NCBI GenBank assembly: GCA_963716425.1
Contig: OY970310.1
Coordinates: 1,275,639 to 1,339,638, forward strand
Length of the DNA: 64,000 bases
Source of the DNA: Candidatus Babeliales bacterium
GTDB lineage: Bacteria > Babelota > Babeliae > Babelales > JBFXEV01
Direction of reading: 5' to 3'
This document shows positions 60,810 to 64,000 of this stretch, in pieces. Numbering within the stretch: position 1 is the first letter of the stretch; every line of letters begins with the position of its first letter. The notes beneath the pieces were generated by a model. That model was not told where the DNA came from. It did no database searches and saw only the letters and a program-made list of their open reading frames with translations. The position numbers and the translations under genes were made by a program.

Positions 60810-62012
60810 TTAAGTAAGGGCTTCAACAACTCCTTCTATCGCGAAAGCCATGATAACAAAGGCTGTTACGATTCCTATCATGGTAATAATTGTTTCTTTA
60901 TTCCAAAGTGATTTTGTATGTTTGTAGAGCAAAGTAATCATTGAGCTTACAAAAGCAAATACAATAAACAAGGCTGTTAAACTAAAAAATAAATTTGGTT
61001 TGCTCAGTGTTAAAAAGCTGAGAGCAATACATGATCCCATAAAGAACACCGCTTCTCTTGGTCCAAATCGCTTGCTCGTGATCATGGCATGTATGGTTGG
61101 ATTTTTAAATTGTCCTAAATAAGCAAGTAACAGCGCACTTGATGACCAAATCATGGAGTGTAACGTACCAAGTGTTGCAGAAAGTATTGCAGCATGTATG
61201 CCATAGAGGAGCCACGTGTTGCCCGGAAATACTTGCGCTAAAATGCGGGGAAGCGGTTCATTGGCATCTGCAAATAAATGCAGCGGTACTGAGAGAATTA
61301 GTGAGGCTACAAATAATAAATATAAAGCCCCTACAATCACAATGGCATACGTGAGAGCTTTAGGCACATTGCGTTGTGGATCTTTTACGATAGCAAAGAG
61401 AGATGAAGCACATTCAAAACCAAAAAAACCAAAAATCACTGCGCGCGTTGCGGAGAACAAATTTTTGATGCCATAGGGCATAAAAGGAGTAAGGTTTTCA
61501 AAATGTGCATTGTATAAGCAGAGTGCAGTGGTTGCAATAATAGGAAACACCGTGCAACAAATTAAAATAATTTGACCAACTTCAGAAAGTACTACGCCAA
61601 GGCTATTAAGAGCAACAAGTGTAAGCAATGCAATTGCGCCCCACGCCGTGCTTGATAGTAGGGGCAAAGCATGATGCAAATAGGAGCCTACCACTTGCGT
61701 AAGTAATCCCATAGCAATAGTCAGCCCAAATAAATATGCTCCTGCTGCAATAATGCCCATAGTGTGGCCACCCCATTGCTTTGCATAGACGTAAAATGAT
61801 CCTTCTTGGGGATAGAGCTGGGCAAGACGAGCCAAAGAATGGGCAATGCACCACACGGCCGCAATCACAAAGGCATAGGTAAGAATGCCTGCAGGGCCAA
61901 CAGCAGTGGCAAGAGCTGCAGGAACTGCAAAAATGCCTGCACCAATCATGGCATTCATGCCCACAATAATGGCAACTGCCAAGCCTATTTTCTCTGTTCC
62001 TTGTCCACTCAT
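60810..62012 (-). CDS. APC family amino acid permease
   Basis: IGAGIF.VP, FGFFGFE, KDPQRNVPKA. Confidence 0.9.
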   Translation of the reverse strand: MSGQGTEKIGLAVAIIVGMNAMIGAGIFAVPAALATAVGPAGILTYAFVIAAVWCIAHSLARLAQLYPQEGSFYVYAKQWGGHTMGIIAAGAYLFGLTIAMGLLTQVVGSYLHHALPLLSSTAWGAIALLTLVALNSLGVVLSEVGQIILICCTVFPIIATTALCLYNAHFENLTPFMPYGIKNLFSATRAVIFGFFGFECASSLFAIVKDPQRNVPKALTYAIVIVGALYLLFVASLILSVPLHLFADANEPLPRILAQVFPGNTWLLYGIHAAILSATLGTLHSMIWSSSALLLAYLGQFKNPTIHAMITSKRFGPREAVFFMGSCIALSFLTLSKPNLFFSLTALFIVFAFVSSMITLLYKHTKSLWNKETIITMIGIVTAFVIMAFAIEGVVEALT

Positions 62013-62097
62013 TGTTCTCTTTCTGTACCCAACGGGTATACTATTATATTATTGAGATATTTCTTATATTCTTAACATACTTTTGAGGTTTTAGTTT

Positions 62098-62352
62098 ATG
62101 CTCTATTGTTCATATTATCAAGTGACAATTGACCGTCCGCAGGGTTGGTTTATTGGTGCGACAATTCATAGTTTTGAACATTTGGCATTTGAACGCACTA
62201 TAGACGCAGAAGCTGGCATTAATGAATATTTTGTTCCTCAAGAGCTTGAAGAGCAGTTTCTGGACTGCATAGATGGCCTTGTACGTATGGGCGTGATCAA
62301 AGAAGTTAAAAAGCTTCCTAACCGCTTGTCCGAACAAGGTTCACAAGTTTAA
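62098..62352 (+). CDS. Small hypothetical protein (DUF4911-like)
   Basis: SFEHLAFERTID...EYFVP pattern. Confidence 0.5.
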   Translation: MLYCSYYQVTIDRPQGWFIGATIHSFEHLAFERTIDAEAGINEYFVPQELEEQFLDCIDGLVRMGVIKEVKKLPNRLSEQGSQV

Positions 62353-63773
62353 GCCAATCGTTTTCTAGCTTCCTGGGTGCCAATCAAATGAATAATATCA
62401 TGGAGTTGCGGACCTCTAGTAGTTCCTGTTAGTTTTAAGCGAAGGTACGTGAACAAAGGCTTAGTGCCTATCTTAAGTTCAGCAGCTTGGGCTTTAACAA
62501 TCTGTACAAATTGTTCTGGCTTATCAAGTACATCAAGATGTTGGTTAACGAGCTGAACAATTGACGTGCACAATGGGCCTACTGCTCCATGCAGCTCTGC
62601 ATCAACCACCACCGGCGCTTCAAAAAAGAATCGCGCAGCTATTTCTATATCAGCAAGCGTTTTCATTTCTGTTTTTACTATTTGGAGTAAATGAGAAACT
62701 TCTGCTTCCGGCATACTTTTAGCTTGTGGATATGCTCGTTCTAAGAACGGTTTTGCATATTCGTACAGTTTTTTCGGATCAAGCCGTTCAAGCCATTTAT
62801 GATTTACCCATGTGAGTTTCTCAACGTCATATTTTATAGATCCTGTTGAATGGATATTATCAAATGGCATCAGGTTAATCAGTTGTTCCATGCTCATGAT
62901 TTCATCACTAAACGAACCACCGCCAATGAGCGCTAAATAGTTGGTTATTGCTTCAGGAATGTAACCTGCTTTTTGAAGGTCTTCAAGTGAGAACCCAAAA
63001 TCACGTTTGGACAGTTTTTTCCCATCAGTATTACACAAAATAGGCAAATGCCAGAAAACAGGTAATTCATAATCGAGTCCTTGATAAAGGACTGCTTGGC
63101 TTGCGGTATTTGATAAATGATCTTCTCCCCGTAAAATGTGGGTCATGTTCATGACCATATCATCAACGGCATTGGCAAAGATAAAGGTAAAAGTTCCATC
63201 TTGGCGCGTGAGAGGAAAATCAGAAAAATGCTGCAGTTCAAAGGTCATGGAGCCTTTTGCAAGATCCTGTATGGTAACTGATCCTTGCGCATTAATGGCA
63301 AAGCGCCATACAAAAGGAACACTATTTTTTTCTTTGAGAGCAAGTTCTTCGGGGCTTAATTTTAAGCACTTCTTATCATAGCGTGGGGGTTGCTTAAGGG
63401 CTATTTGCCGTTCTCTGCGTTTTGCAAGTTCTTCAGTGGTGCAAAAGCATTTATACACGAGCTTTTTATTTTTTAATATATCCAATTGGTCTTGATATAT
63501 GGCATCCCGCTCTGATTGATAATAAGGAGCAAAGGGTCCACCAATACCAGGGCCTTCTTCAAATTTGAGACCAAGCCAGAGTAGATCGGCAATAATAAGC
63601 TTTGCTTCAGGATCAAACATGCGTTCACGGTCAGTGTCTTCTATGCGTAAGACAAAGGTACCATTTTTTTGGTGTGCAAAGAGAAAATTAAGTAAAGCAG
63701 TTCTGACGCCCCCAAGATGCATTCGGCCGGTTGGCGATGGCGCAAAACGAACACGTACAAGGCCTATGGCCAT
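62349..63773 (-). CDS. gltX: Glutamate--tRNA ligase
   Basis: RFAPSPTG.MHLG, RIEDTD, RGEDH, KLSKR. Confidence 0.97.
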   Translation of the reverse strand: MAIGLVRVRFAPSPTGRMHLGGVRTALLNFLFAHQKNGTFVLRIEDTDRERMFDPEAKLIIADLLWLGLKFEEGPGIGGPFAPYYQSERDAIYQDQLDILKNKKLVYKCFCTTEELAKRRERQIALKQPPRYDKKCLKLSPEELALKEKNSVPFVWRFAINAQGSVTIQDLAKGSMTFELQHFSDFPLTRQDGTFTFIFANAVDDMVMNMTHILRGEDHLSNTASQAVLYQGLDYELPVFWHLPILCNTDGKKLSKRDFGFSLEDLQKAGYIPEAITNYLALIGGGSFSDEIMSMEQLINLMPFDNIHSTGSIKYDVEKLTWVNHKWLERLDPKKLYEYAKPFLERAYPQAKSMPEAEVSHLLQIVKTEMKTLADIEIAARFFFEAPVVVDAELHGAVGPLCTSIVQLVNQHLDVLDKPEQFVQIVKAQAAELKIGTKPLFTYLRLKLTGTTRGPQLHDIIHLIGTQEARKRLA

Positions 63774-64000
63774 AGAAATCCTTTAAGTAGGGTTATTTTT
63801 AATTATTATATATAAAAGATACTATAGATTTGATTTTTTACCAATATTGCATCAAGTTTTTGACATTGCACCCCCATATCTGGTAACTTCGTGCATAGTA
63901 GTATTAGTTGTCCAAAAAAAGGGAGCAGGCAATGAGCCAATGTCTACGCATCGTCTTAACGATGAACTTACCAGAGGATTTTTTGCATAATTTCGTAAAA

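Noticed and set aside
63932-64000. Possible CDS start at window end
   Set aside because: The ATG at 63932 meets a TAA after 19 codons; too little sequence to call

Overview
AT-rich bacterial chromosome segment (standard code 11). The gene content suggests a host-dependent Gram-negative bacterium, most likely Candidatus Dependentiae/Babeliae (TM6). This is inferred from ankyrin and other secreted eukaryote-like proteins, lineage-type beta-barrel proteins and a fused multi-hairpin AtpE; it was not checked by a search. Housekeeping genes: glmU (partial), mreB, rsmA, uppS, PBP1A, murG, dciA, holB, tmk, atpIBE, folC, tsaC, pilA/pilD, rbfA, rpsU, gltX, and RNase P RNA (rnpB, minus strand, about 23788-24201). 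Accessory content: a Cys-rich Csp-like protein behind three tandem beta-barrel paralogs, EamA and LOG duplications, a coiled-coil/Gly-rich secreted protein, an SSS transporter coupled to MgtA, a signal-peptide-bearing degenerate lumazine synthase, homospermidine synthase, oxalate decarboxylase between duplicated dciA copies, a disrupted polymorphic toxin (PD-(D/E)XK tip) with two immunity paralogs, and an archease-RtcB-ThpR RNA repair operon. The most unusual signal is in the 40.9-41.5 kb intergenic region: two divergently oriented copies of an unrecognised structured element whose stems show compensatory base changes, a candidate new ncRNA family. Also notable: a REP-like repeat inside RNase P RNA P12, a four-hairpin c-subunit, and a pilD that appears to start at a non-canonical ATA/ATT codon.
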